Shown: piece by piece, positions 1 to 12,612 of the stretch
How positions within the stretch are numbered: the first letter of the stretch is position 1
How the letters are laid out: the number at the start of each line of letters is the position of its first letter
Assembly: GCF_006345805.1 (NCBI RefSeq)
Contig: NC_042997.1
Location: 6,820,001-6,884,000 of the forward strand
Source: Octopus sinensis
Taxonomy: Eukaryota
Length of the DNA stretch: 64,000 bases
Direction of reading: 5' to 3'
Notes under the pieces: generated by a model
What the model was told of the DNA's origin: nothing
The model's input: the letters and a program-made list of their open reading frames with translations, nothing else
Databases searched by the model: none
Made by a program: the position numbers and the translations under genes

Positions 1-293
1 CGGGTCGACCAATGCCTTGTGAGTGGATTCGGTAGACGGAAACTGAATGAAGCCTGTCGTATATATGTATATTTATATGTGTGTATGTTTGTGTTTGTGT
101 GTCTCTGTTTGTCCCCCTAGCATTGCTTCACAACAGATGCTGGTGTGTTTACGTCCCCGTAACTTAGCGGTTCGGCAAAAGAGACCGATAGAATAAGTAC
201 TGGGCTTACATAGAATAAGTCCCGGGGTCGATTTGCCCGACTAAAGGCAGTGCTCCAGCATGGCCGCAGTCAAATGACTGAAACAACTAAAGG
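1..293 (+). mobile_element. SINE family A (tRNA-derived, CORE-like), 5' part cut by window edge
   Basis: Colinear with the full copies at 4193-4604 and 49610-50015: 'ccttgtgagtggattcggtagacggaaactg', internal TA/TG tract, 3' body 'gtccccgtaacttagcggttcggcaaaagagaccgatagaataagtact...gctccagcatggccgcagtcaaatgactgaaacaa'. Confidence 0.9.
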
Positions 294-377
294 TGTGAGA
301 GAGAGCATATAATTCCCTAAATTCATACACATTTTTATAAATAATCTAAATAATGTATATATATTTCTCTCTCTCTC

Positions 378-491
<114 letters not shown>

Positions 492-2889
492 CATATGAGT
501 ATTAATGTGTGAAGTTATATGAGCTTATATACGTTTACATGTTCATGCTCATTTTTATGTGTGTGATTAAGAAACAAGCTTCTCTAACACAAGGCCATGG
601 ATCCGATCCCAGGACGTAATCGGGACCAGTTGCCTTCTACCATACGTTCAAGTCGACTCATGTCATGAGATTTAGATTACTTATTAGTGTGTGCTTGTGT
701 AGGTCTGTGTGTGCGTGTGTTTGTTTGGATGTGTGTGTGTGATCTGTCGGATGGACTGTAATTGCACTTCAATATAGGCAAGTTTATCACAAAATGTGTG
801 GTTCTGATTCTTCCTGAGGATTACATTGAGTACATGTTACTGAAATACTGAATCACACGCTACTTCAGTGACTAGATGTTCAGTTGATTTGACAAGAGGC
901 TTGCACATAGTCGAAACTGATGACGCAGCCATTAACTTGCTTATTCAATTATGCATGCGTGTACATGCGTGTGTATCAGTGTACACCTGCGTTTACATGC
1001 AGAACTAATTAGCACCAAGTGTAAGATTTAATGGGGCTAATGAGCTGAGACCGCACATTATTTTCGATCATTAGTAGGTAAAGTAATATAATTTCGTTTA
1101 GATCACTAGTGCCATTGATAAATACATGGAGGTAACACAAATTGTATTACATTCCCTTTAAATGACAGTTTGTTTTTTTTATTGGATAACATCGTTTTAC
1201 TGGTGATTTTCTTTGCTAGAACTCACTTCCATTATTTGTAAAAGCACAAACAGGAAAAATTTTATATACGTCGTATCTCATGATTTACTCGTTTGTAAAC
1301 TTATAAACTACACTGCATATACTTAACACTCCTTTCTGTTTCTTAATCTATTCCATTTGATCTTCATGCTCTGTGGACCACGACATTTCTACTTAAATGA
1401 ACCATACTGCTTGAAACACCCACCCTAATTTTTTTTTTTTTTTTTTTTTGCTGTTCCAGGATTTGAATTTAATAAAGTAGTCGAAAGTCGTTAGCTATTT
1501 TGACTTAAGTTAGGAGATTAGCCGTATTTTCATATGTGGAATACTTAGCCTTTCAAATGAGCATTTAATTGCCTAGGATATTAGAATCACATGGGTTTAG
1601 ATTGCGGAATTTATATATATTTTGTGTAATTTGGCGAAAACTGCTGAAACCCGCTGTTCATCCATATCAATATACTCCCAAATTGGCTATTCTCTTTTTC
1701 GAATAGTGGTATATTTTACACTACTGTATCAATGACGCATGTAACAGCAACATATATGTGTGTGTTCGCATGTATGGACACACACACATGCGTACATTTT
1801 ACATACTAATTAACATGACCCGTTCAGAGACTTGATAACGGAACCCATCAAATGTCAATGTTAACATTGAACAAGAACATTCGAAAGATGAGTTTAACAG
1901 CCCATAATATTACCATTTTAAAACCATTTTGTCGATGGCTATTCCTAGATATATGAAGATCTAATCCTTCATATATTTACTGCTTATTCCGCTTGATTTG
2001 CACCAGAAAGCCGCCACAGTAAGATTGTTCGATAAGCCATTGACATGCTCCTAAGAGAGCATTAGAACAGCAGAAAAATTAACATGTATCCTACAACATT
2101 GCTTGTTATATTATCATTTGATGATTGTATTAACTTTGTTGTCAAACATTAAGCTTTACTGCTGATTGAACGATTCTCACACATTAAAGACATCAATAAT
2201 CATAAATATGGCAACATTTATGATTTGAATCGGTATGTGTCATATGATGTTGTTGCTCGATTCTCCAGATTAGCCTTGGTCTTGACCTATGATAAATAAC
2301 ACACCTATAGTTAATTTCGAAACATTTCGCACATAACATGTAGCACACATACAACCGTGCCCGCAGGCGCAGACGCACGCACACACACACACACGTTTAT
2401 CTTCGGACACTCATGCAATCTTCCCCATTCACAAAAAAACACACATAGAGATAAGACAGACGATTTTCACTTCAAAATTAAATATTTATCATAAACCTAT
2501 GAGTTAAAGGAATGGGCACATTCACATTGAGTAAAAAAAAAAACCATTGTGTTTTTAAACCAACGAGATTATTCTACCAATAGATATAGTCGTGAGCAAG
2601 TTGCAAGGGAAGACGAATTTTGGTATCGATTAGTAGGGGAACGTATGAGCGGGCTATGTAATTAATCGATAATAAACATTCTGTGTCTTTCTCAATGCTT
2701 CGAAATCAGGTTTCCGTTATTAATGTTAAGAAGATTTCAATAAATGAAATGGGAAAGAAACGTTCATCAATTATTGCATTTTCTTAATTATTAGTGCACT
2801 AACGAAAATTTCCTTTTATAAAGTTTTCAAAATGGAAGATACAAACACTCAAACAAAAGCGTGCACCCACAGTCAATCACATGCACCTC

Positions 2890-2929
<40 letters not shown>

Positions 2930-3384
2930 GCAGAGAGATGGAAAGAGAGACACGCACAGAAATGGTGTGGGGAAAGAACACAGTGCATTGGTTTTGATTG
3001 ACACGAGGCATCAAATCTATGGAATATGTTCAGTCAAATGAATCAGCTGCAATTTCAAGCTTGGTAGTTATTTTATCAAACTTAGAAGGATCAATGCGAA
3101 TGTGAACCCATATAAACTTACAGTTTTCGTAGTTGGTAGATGTTAAGAGATATAGTACAATATATTTTGTTTTGTATGTTTTGAACCGCCTTTTTAGTTG
3201 GAAATGTTATCTGTTGGATGGTTGTATACGACTGCTAATAATGAACCAGCTCTAAACTCTTTTATGAGGATAATATTTAACATTTTCTTAGTATTACTTT
3301 TCTTGTCGTAGTATTTGATATTCCTCTTCTATTTGCTGTTGTTGGTGGTGGTGTTCTTATTTGTTGTTGCTGCTGCTATTTGTG

Positions 3385-3440
3385 ATGATAATGAGGATGA
3401 TGATGATAATGATGACGACGACGACGACGACGACGATGAC

Positions 3441-3477
<37 letters not shown>
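3385..3477. repeat. (GAT/GAC)n microsatellite
   Basis: Direct inspection; explains the poly-Asp ORF 3315-3506. Confidence 0.9.
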
Positions 3478-4192
3478 GTGGTGCTGCTGCTGAATGTGTC
3501 ATTTAACCATACTCACAAGTCTTAAAAAAGGGAAACGCATTACATCCTTTAACATTAAAGCATTTCACGAGTTGCTACTTTCATATTTTCCATTGCGTGC
3601 TTCAAGGTTTTTCGGATGGTAAGGCGTAATGTTTCACCGTTATATCAAGTACATCGACAGAAAGTATTATCGTCTTCTCACTGAAGTAGTTAATACTGAC
3701 TGAATTAAAGCAACCAATATCATTAATTCAAGTTATTGTTATCCACATTGTTTCCATAGTTTATATACATGTACTATAACAGACAATATGTCTTCTGTAT
3801 ATCAAGATTTGAGGAAAAGTGCGCACAAAATAAGAAATAATGTTACTAAAGTTGAGTAAGGGACTTGGAGGACTTTGAGTATCGCAATAGGGTCACTATT
3901 ATTTGTAGCACAGTTAAAGAAAAATATTACTATCAGTCGTGGCATACGCAATTTTTAATTATTTTAATTATTTGTACATTATATTTAGTAGTCAAACGGC
4001 AAAATTACTCGCGTTCATGCTAGGAAACTTGTAGTCAATCACGAAACATTTATGAAGAGATATCATTTTGGAAAGTGAAACACTGGGATAAGCCAAGATA
4101 CGAATTTCTCTTCACGATGGAAACGAAAAAATAAAAAAAAAAACATGTAAGCAACTAGTAAACATCTAGACTGATATATTTTATGAAAATCA

Positions 4193-4604
4193 TTCTTTTA
4201 TTCTTTTATTCTTTTACTTGTTTCAATCATTTGACTACGGTTATACTAGAGCACCGCCTTTACTCGAGCAAATCAACCCCAGGAATTATTCTTTGTAATC
4301 CTAGCACTTATTCTCTCGTTCTCTTTTGCCGAACCCTTAAGTTAGGGGGACGTAAACACACCAGCGTCGGTTGCCAAGCGATATTGGGGAACAAACACAG
4401 ACACACGCACACACACACACACACGCACACATATATATATACGACGGGCTTCTTTCATTTTCCGTCTACCAAATTCACTCACAAGTCTTTGGTCGGCCTG
4501 AGGCTATAGTAGAAGACACTTGCCCAGTTGGCACAGAGTGGGACTGAACCCGGAACCACGTGGTTAGTAAGCAAGCTACTTACCATACAGCCACTCCTGC
4601 GCCT
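4193..4604 (-). mobile_element. SINE family A, full length
   Basis: Minus strand has a tRNA-like head with A/B boxes (aggcgcaggagtggctgtatggtaag...ggttccgggttcagtccc), a CORE-like 'gggcaagtgtcttctactatagcc' segment, an internal (TG)n tract and a (AAAAGAAT)-like tail. Confidence 0.92.
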
Positions 4605-5210
4605 GAACGTTATATACGAAACACTGTGAGTGGATCCTGTGTAAACAATAACTGAATAAGTAAGGAGGTCATAGTCGAGTCCCAGTAATTTGCAAGAACT
4701 CAGTGAAGAGAATTGTTAAACAACGTCTGATGAATTTAATACCGAGTATATAAAAAAGTATCTCGCAATAATGACTTAGGTATCTGTAAGAATCGGTTAT
4801 TGAAGACTTTGTCTTATAAGAAAATGTATAAGAAAAAAAGAAAAGGTAAAAATATGAAGCATATAAACCAAATCAACCGTAGTCATAGTGTCATTTGGAA
4901 ATAAACAGTATTTAAGGGTGAAACAGACTAGAATGTCAACATTGAGACACCACTCATGTGTGTGTGTGAGTGTGTGTGTGTGAGTGTGTGTGTGTGTGTA
5001 TTTGTGTCTGGTGTGTGAGTGTGTGTGTGAGGTGCATGTGACTGATTGTGGGTGCACGCTTTTGTTTGAGTGTTAGATATCTATCTATCTACCGATATAT
5101 TTATCTGTCAATATGTCTGTCTGTCTCTCTCTCTCTATGTGTTTATATATATATATATATATATATTTGCACAGCAACTGACTTCATCTGAGATTGTGTG
5201 CTGAAAGAAA

Positions 5211-5498
5211 AAACAATTGCAGTGTGGAAGGTGTGTGTGAGCCATTTAAAAGCAGACATAAGCCGTTAGACTCACATTAACGCTTAGATTTAGTTTGAAA
5301 AAATATTTTGCGTCGTTTTGAAACTGCGTCGTATTTAGTAACAGAATTCCGATGCAGCACGGAATTTTGGGAGTGAACATGTCGTGGTTTTAACGTGACA
5401 CAAAATATTTGCTAAACTAAATCAAAATGTTGAAGTGAATCTAACGCCTTTTGTGTGCTTTTAAATTGGTTATACTACTTTCCATGCTGGAATTGTGT
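5211..5498. mobile_element. MITE-like foldback element with ~97-bp imperfect inverted arms
   Basis: 5211-5309 (acaattgcagtgtggaag...ccatttaaaagcagacataagccgttagactcac...gatttagtttgaaaaaatatttt) aligns to the reverse complement of 5402-5498. A related single arm occurs at 55457-55516. Confidence 0.7.
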
Positions 5499-5502
5499 GT
5501 AT

Positions 5503-5558
<56 letters not shown>

Positions 5559-7099
5559 TGTGTATATATGTATGTCTGGAGTGTATAAATGTACATGTAT
5601 ATATATATATATAGACATGCATACACCCATGTCTCCAAAATTCTATGCGAAAGCAGTAAAGCGATGCATATTTTAAGCATATGTTATGAGAATTAAAGCA
5701 ACACAGGTACGTACAACAACGACGATGACGACGCCGGCGACGACGAGGTTGACAAAGCCGACTACACTGGCGACGCCGATGACGCTGGTTCTGTTGATGA
5801 AGATGAAGACTATGGTGGTGATGATATAACCACTGAGGTAATGGAAAGTGTAATGCCAAACAATCAGGCGGTTTTGTGCCTAGAACAGGTTTCTGAAGTC
5901 TGTTTCAGCCTCTTCAGCAAACTTGACTCTGCCCAAGGCTTCAATTATTAGGCACCTGTCTGTTCCCTTCTAGTTGCGCGATATAAGGTACTGGTGTAGG
6001 ACAATATCCCTCGATGGGTTAAATCAGTTCCCTCGATTCTATTTAAGCGAACACGTTTACTATGGTAGTGCAGAGAATTTTCTTTTCCTGTAAGTAAAAG
6101 GAGATATTTAATATCAGGTAAATATCTAAATTTCACTGATCATAGTGCTTCGTCAATCTAAAGCGCTGCCAATGTACTCATTTCCTAGTGGTATACACTA
6201 GAAGGATTTCGTGAAACAAACTTCTGGAGACAAATACCAAATGAATAGTGCAAAAATTTATCAGAACTGGTAAACATCCTACCCGGAACTGTTAGATCAT
6301 CCACAACAAAATATTAACAGAAAACGGAATTTAAAGTAGAAAGGTTTACAATTGTAAAGATATGATGAAAACTATTTACTCAGTCATTAATTGACAGCAT
6401 CGTAATATTATTGAACTGATATGCCCTGTATGGAGAAAAACAGGAGAGGAAAAACATACGGCCAAATATGAACGCCAAAATGCTTGACAATTCACACAGT
6501 AATATAATGGGAAAGGAAAAACAGATAAAATCTAGAGTAATTTCATCAATACTGAGAGCAAGTGGAACTGATCTAAAAATCATCAATAAGCTTGTATTCT
6601 GTATGAGCAACCAAACTGAACGTAAAGTAAAGATAAAGAACAAACTTTTCGACAGGTAACCAAAGTGAAATGTCAAAAAGTAAACATCTGAATGGGGAAT
6701 TGACGATTGTTACTGAGATTACGAAAGGAATGAATGTCAAAATTTTTAAAGCAAGAACAGTCAAAAGAAAGTTCAAATTATGAGATGAACAAATATACTT
6801 AGCCTATAATTAATTAGACCCTGAAACAGCACACACTAGACAAATCACAATGGGTTAGATGAAATGATAAAAATAAATACATTATTGTAGACAGAACATG
6901 ATTTTTCAAACAGACGCAAAGCGGTTTAGAAGAAAACAACCAGTAGAAAGACATGATCAATCTAATATGATTAAAGATTATTAATTTCAGAAGAAAATCA
7001 GAAGCCAGCCGCCTATATTAATAAGGAAAATAAATACTGAAAAAATGTTGAACGATCAAAAATGATTATAGATGGAAGTAGCGGGGCTATGACAAATCA

Positions 7100-8110
7100 T
7101 TATAACATAATAGAAATGTAAGTCAACAGGAATAGATCAAATCGCAAATTACTGGTTATATACACTTATAGGAATGTACGAAGCGTTAACAAAAGAGATG
7201 AGTGCTCTTATACAAAACTCGAGAAAATCCCCAACCGAAAACACCAGAAACAAACAAAATAATTAGCGAAGATATATAGAGGAATACATACCTTAATATA
7301 AATTACACAATTCTGTTTTCAAAAGGATGTGCATAATTACTGAAAGGATGTGCATTTTTCTAAGCAAATAAGAAGGATGTAACAATAACTCATATTTCGT
7401 TTCAAACCGCGGTAACAGAGTCAAAGAAATGAAACTAAACTGCAGAATCTTCCAAGATGAATCTCTTCCACCTCACGCATACAAACAACAATAGCAACAG
7501 CTAAGTGTTCATTTATTCTTTATGGATGAACTGAAAAGATATGCTAAAAATGTTCAAGCTTCAGAATAAGTTACAATAAAAGAATAACAATTTCGCGGAG
7601 ATATAGGAATGACTTTAGGACGTGATAAACAAGTGTGAAGAAGGGAAAGCTAACTGCAACATCAGCCATTAAACTCGATTTGGCAAGGGCAATTAAAACT
7701 GGAGAGCATTTTTGAATCACAAGGTATATACGAGGGTGAGTATGGTTCTCAAAGCTACACTCAATCGTAGTGAAGCTATGGACACCTAAGGTATACATTG
7801 AGTGCAATATGAGTCAAAAGCTTATTTATAAGAATCTACCAAACAACCAGGCTCAAATACGGAGCAAACTTAAGTTGAAATGCCTGTGTCGAACAATTAG
7901 GGACCAAAGAACATATTACTCCAGAATATTCCACCTTCACCCCAACCGAATACATAGCTAGGTATGATTTCACAGCGCAATGCAAACACTATGGTATAGA
8001 TTGCGCTAAAATCTGATACAAACACTAACTCTACAAATAATCGAACTAACAGCTGCAACGATTTTAACAGTCGCCACAGACTACACAATAAATGTCATTC
8101 GACGAGTCAT
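7100..8110 (+). pseudogene. Heavily decayed R4/Dong-like non-LTR retrotransposon (RT domain plus start of RLE region); may extend 5' to ~6400
   Basis: Colinear degenerate motifs across frameshifts: DQIANYWL (7135), CRIFQDESL ~ GIFQGDSLSP (7441), HLFFMDELKRYAKN ~ HLLYMDDLKLY (7510), DIGMTLG ~ DIGMxFG (~7600), EHITPEYSTFTPTEYIARYD ~ zinc-knuckle/RHD region (~7908). Confidence 0.75.
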
Positions 8111-8899
8111 TGTCGATAAGCGTTAAAAAGTAAAAGCATGCCTACTCATTGACATAACTACATTATATAGAAAAATATATATCTGCTAAAGAGTAAAATA
8201 CATTTGTGAACTGCAGAGGTGTAATAATCTTAAATAGGAGAATGAAAAGTGCAGTCGAGCCACAACGCTTTAATACAACAAATTATTATAGATTGAGCGA
8301 TGTTAACGTGTAAATCGCGTATGTAGAATTTGCAAATATTAAAGCGCAGTTTCATTAATATTCATTTTGCAACCACATTTTCAGTTTGAATCTTCGTGGT
8401 TGTGATATATAGCAATTCTTATTCTAAGACCTGGAGCCGGATGTCTTTCGAGGTTGACGGGTACAATCCGAAAATGTTCAACTGTATGAACTCATATTAA
8501 TGCTTATTATCTAGAAGCTTATACTAATCAGTTGGTCCACTGATATACAGATATTAATTATGGCTTGAGGATCATTTGATGTGATGGCTAATTTAATCTA
8601 ATATTAATTTGCTAATGATAACAAGCTTGCCTTCATCTGGATTATGTTGTCTGTTGTTGGATTATGGATAAATTTTTTGGTGATCTTCCAGTGTCGAAAA
8701 TGCACTTCGTAGATTATGTCTGTTAACTTTTTCATCAATGTCGTGGTATATTTTGCTGGATTATTCTTGCTTTCTCATTAAGGCATCCTTTTATTTTCTC
8801 TTTTAGTGACTGGTTTTCTCATATGTTTTATTAACATTAAATATAAAGGATTTATTACATGAATGTCTATCAATTTCATGTAGAAAAGTCTCTCATGAA

Positions 8900-9130
8900 C
8901 TGTAATATATATATACTATAATATATATCATATAATATATATATAAAATATATATATATATATATCTATATATATATATATATACATATATATATTATAT
9001 ATTAATATATTATATATATATTATATATATATATACATATATATATATAATATATATATATATATATTATATATATATGTATATATATGTATATATATAT
9101 ATATATATGTGTAATATATATATTATATAT
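8900..9130. repeat. Interrupted (TA)n microsatellite
   Basis: Direct inspection. Confidence 0.9.
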
Positions 9131-9336
9131 TGTATTATGTATGTATTATATACACACAGACGTAAGTACATGTATATTAAGTACTATCTATGGATATCGA
9201 TATAAACATTATGTATTTATGAACACGCACACACATACATGCCCACAAGTATACGTACATACATATACATACACATACGTACATATATAGTATATCTAGC
9301 TATCTGTCTGTATGTCTATCAAAATATTTATCTATG

Positions 9337-9409
<73 letters not shown>

Positions 9410-9459
9410 AATACTAAATTTCTAAATCTCTCGTAGAGACATGTACGGTGGTGGGGCGA

Positions 9460-9889
9460 TAGAATGGTTATATACTGTCAATCTAACACGGACGTGACAG
9501 TAGGGGGTACACCACCGCTGTTTAGCCCTAGGAAGCATCGGCGCCTCCTGATGCAGCCCTGGCGGCTGGGGGTATTTGTCTCCCCTTCGTAAATGTATAT
9601 AAGGACACAGGAAAAATGTGTCATAGCCATCAGGAGGCGTCGATGCTTCCTACTGCTAAACAGCGGTGAGGTAGCCCCTACTGTCACGTTCGTGTAAGAT
9701 TGACAGTATAAAACCTAGATGCAGCCCTGGCGGCTGGGGTTACTTGTCTCCCCTTCGTAAATGTATATAAGGACACAGGAAAAATGTGTCAAAGCCATCA
9801 GGAGGCGTCGATGCTTCCTAGGGCTAAACAGCTGTGTGGTACTCCCTAATGTCACGTTCGTGTTAGATTGACGGTATACAACCATTCTA
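9460..9889. mobile_element. MITE with ~94-bp TIRs, TA flanks and an internal 168-bp tandem duplication
   Basis: Left arm 9460-9553 (tagaatggttatatactgtcaatctaacac...cgcctcctgatg) is the reverse complement of 9796-9889. Core plus right arm occurs twice (9551-9715 and 9719-9883). Confidence 0.85.
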
Positions 9890-10075
9890 TATATATATAT
9901 ATATATAAATGCTCACTTGGAGAGTTGCATTCCCTCGCATTCGGTAAAATGTTTTTATTATGGTAGTTTTGACTTTAAGAGTCCCTCGAAGCGTGAGGCA
10001 ATTCTGTATATTAATACCCTTAACATATATAAATATATAGCTATATAAATATATTTGTGTATGTACACACATATA

Positions 10076-10958
10076 CAGTGTGCGATAAATAAACTGTAGA
10101 CTAAGTTACGCAAAACTAAAAGTATCGCTGACGTCTCATCTTAACAGATATATTTAACGAAATTACACAAATATGTCTTAAAATACTAAGGAGTAAATTT
10201 ATTTAATATCATCACCATTGGCTTCAATCGATGCTTCCAAAGGAGTTCGGAATCTCCTGCAGCTCATCTGGATGATCTCCTTGTTTAAGTTGGTGAATGT
10301 TGCCATTATCCTAGCCTTCAGCTCATCTTTTGAGCTACAAAGAGTTTTGTTTGTTTCTCGCTGAAATGCGTCCTACGCATAATAATCAAGTGTGTTGCCC
10401 CTGGGGTGTTAGGCAGCCAGATTTTAGGGGCAATGTGGTCGCAGAAATTATCTGACTACTATGAGTGGGTTCTCATGCTTGTGTGACATGGTGCAGAGTC
10501 CTCTTACCAGATATAGTGTCTTCCAGCAGCCACCCACTTCTCCCAGCGAAGCACTACCCTCTTCAGATAATTAATGTAGGCCTCCGTGTTGAGTTTGAGT
10601 CCATATGCGAAGATGAGTGGACGCATAAGGTCACCATCACTACTGATCATCTCAAAGAACATGATGTTGATTAGATGTTTTATTTTAACACTCTCAGTGA
10701 CGTCCTCGGATTGCATTGTCCTCAGATTGAAACACAGACACTCTGAAATGTTTGTACTGGAGCTTCCGGCGCGAATGCTAAGCATTACAGCATGTTTCCA
10801 AATTTCCGGCAGAGTGAATCGTGTCATGGTACTGTTTTTATCACAGGCAGTGCCCATCGGACCCTACTATAATCTGTAGCCGACAAAATCAAAAACAAAC
10901 AATGCGCATGCATGAAATTAAAAGTAGTATATGGCGACAACTTACCCATCGCAACCAG
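10076..10958 (-). mobile_element. Internally deleted Tc1/mariner transposon (DD37D/maT-like)
   Basis: Minus-strand translation: N-terminal HTH-like MTRFTLPEIWKHAVMLSIRAG..., then KHLINIMFFEMISSDGDLMRPLIF..LNTEAYI..VAAGRHYIW*EDSAPCHTS...IWLPNTP..LDYY...KDELKARI...FRTPLEASIEANGDDIK. Degenerate TIRs (cagtgtgcgataaataa / ctggttgcgatgggtaa), both flanked by TA. About 37 residues lie between the 2nd and 3rd Asp. Confidence 0.88.
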
Positions 10959-10960
10959 TA

Positions 10961-11008
10961 TCTATATCTATCTATCTCTATACGTATATATATATATATA
11001 TATATATA

Positions 11009-11093
<85 letters not shown>

Positions 11094-11100
11094 TATATAT
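10961..11100. repeat. (TA)n microsatellite
   Basis: Direct inspection. Confidence 0.95.
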
Positions 11101-11161
11101 AAAACATTATTGGTGAATTGAAGAAATGGAGCTGAACGCAGATTGAACAGAAATCGTTTTA

Positions 11162-11251
11162 TTTCATTCTACACGTGTTTCGAAAGGCACAAATTACCAA
11201 AATCCGATTGAATAATGGGACCATATTGTGTCTTTCTCTTCAGGAAGAAAA
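11162..11251 (-). ncRNA. Type I hammerhead ribozyme motif (copy 1)
   Basis: Reverse complement of the copy at 11930-12018: CUGAAGA at 11243-11237, GAAA at 11181-11178, palindrome ACACGTGT at 11171-11178. Confidence 0.75.
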
Positions 11252-11929
11252 AAGGAAATCCGTTGGAAAAACAAAAACAGAACAGAGGCGGAGCAAAAAA
11301 AACAAAAAAAACACTTATCTGGCCTTTAAATAGCGTTTATAAATAATACCGGCACCCATAGCCCTTGGTAATAAATTCTGAAATAGCCTTTAAGAATCTA
11401 CGATTAACCACGCAAGGGGAATTACTCCTGTAAGACAAAAGGGGCTTGGTTTTCTCACAGCGGGGGGTTTCCTTGACAAGGCAGGCTTAGATGAACACAC
11501 CACACATAAAACATAATATATATATTTTTTTTATTTTTTTCTTTCTGCCACCCAACGGTTATCACGGCAGTAGCCACTGACAGCCGAACGATCAAACGCA
11601 CACACGTACAAAAAATGTTTTCTACCCCTACGCCAAACACAACATATATAGAACAGTATACACACACACACGTCTCTAAGTAGATTTTTTCTCGCCCCTT
11701 ATAAAACATCCAATATTCCTAAATAGTCAGAAACTTTATTCTCGGTCACAAAGAACATCTATACACCCTCACCCACATGATTGACCGATGCCTGACCCGT
11801 TGAATTCTTCAGCCACCGGTTCTCAACGTACACTGATAAACAGTTTCGCCATGGCTCTTAGGAGCACAGTTCGATTTGTTTTTTTGCTCCGCCTCTGTTC
11901 TGTTTTTGTTGTTTCCAACGGATTTCCTT

Positions 11930-12018
11930 TTTTCTTCCTGAAGAGAAAGACACAATATGGTCCCATTATTCAATCGGATTTGGTAATTTGTGCCTTTCGA
12001 AACACGTGTAGAATGAAA
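11930..12018 (+). ncRNA. Type I hammerhead ribozyme motif (copy 2)
   Basis: tttcttc-CUGAAGA (11938-11944); stem II gaaagacacaa (11945-11955) / ttgtgcctttc (11988-11998), 10 of 11 paired; GAAA (11999-12002); palindromic stem III ACACGTGT (12002-12009); GUA cleavage triplet (cut after A12010); stem I 3' strand gaatgaaa. Confidence 0.78.
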
Positions 12019-12340
12019 TAAAACGATTTCTGTTCAATCTGCGTTCAGCTCCATTTCTTCAATTCACCAATAATGTTTTTAATTTCAATTATCCGCACCA
12101 ACGCACGGTTGCAACGCCAGATGTGGTGTACCTCCAACCGTGCTGTTTACTGCTGTGATTTTGCTACTAAGTTATCGGTTAAAAATTTGATTAATCTACT
12201 ACAAGATTATTCATCTTTCTATTTCACATAAATTATATAATATATATATATATATATATATACACATACATTGTCTACATAATATCTCTCTCTCCCTCTC
12301 CCTTTATTGATATATATATATAATATATATATATATATAG

Positions 12341-12373
<33 letters not shown>

Positions 12374-12612
12374 TATATATAATATATATATATCTTAAAT
12401 ACATGTATACTTATGACAATTACGTTAGAATATATGTTAAATTTCGAGCATGCATTAGTAACGGTATTGCTGTTAGAATTCTTGAGGCTGAGTTATATGG
12501 TTTTTAATGTTAATGTGACCTGCAACTGCGTGTGAGTAATGTAATTAAAATCGCTTTGAGATAATAAATTTGCTTAAGTGTACAATACTTTTACAGCATA
12601 TATGGACTGGAC

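Larger units (their letters stand above)
11101..12079. mobile_element. Young inverted-repeat element (~205-bp arms), probably a Penelope-like inverted pLTR / retrozyme-like non-autonomous element
   Basis: 11101-11306 is the reverse complement of 11875-12079, with three single-base indels and no substitutions seen by eye. The spacer is ~570 bp. Each arm contains a hammerhead motif. The PLE assignment is inferred from the ribozyme type and the inverted architecture. Confidence 0.75.

Noticed and set aside
910-924. GAAACTGATGA hammerhead-like words (similar at 41542)
   Set aside because: The core segments are adjacent with no room for stems I/III, and stem II does not pair.
8420-8880. Possible Penelope 3' remnant
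   Set aside because: Only vague resemblance; no intact motif or hammerhead core.
11800-11850. Possible type II hammerhead on minus strand in the spacer (GAAA...CTGAAGA)
   Set aside because: Position 17 would be G, and stems I and II do not pair.
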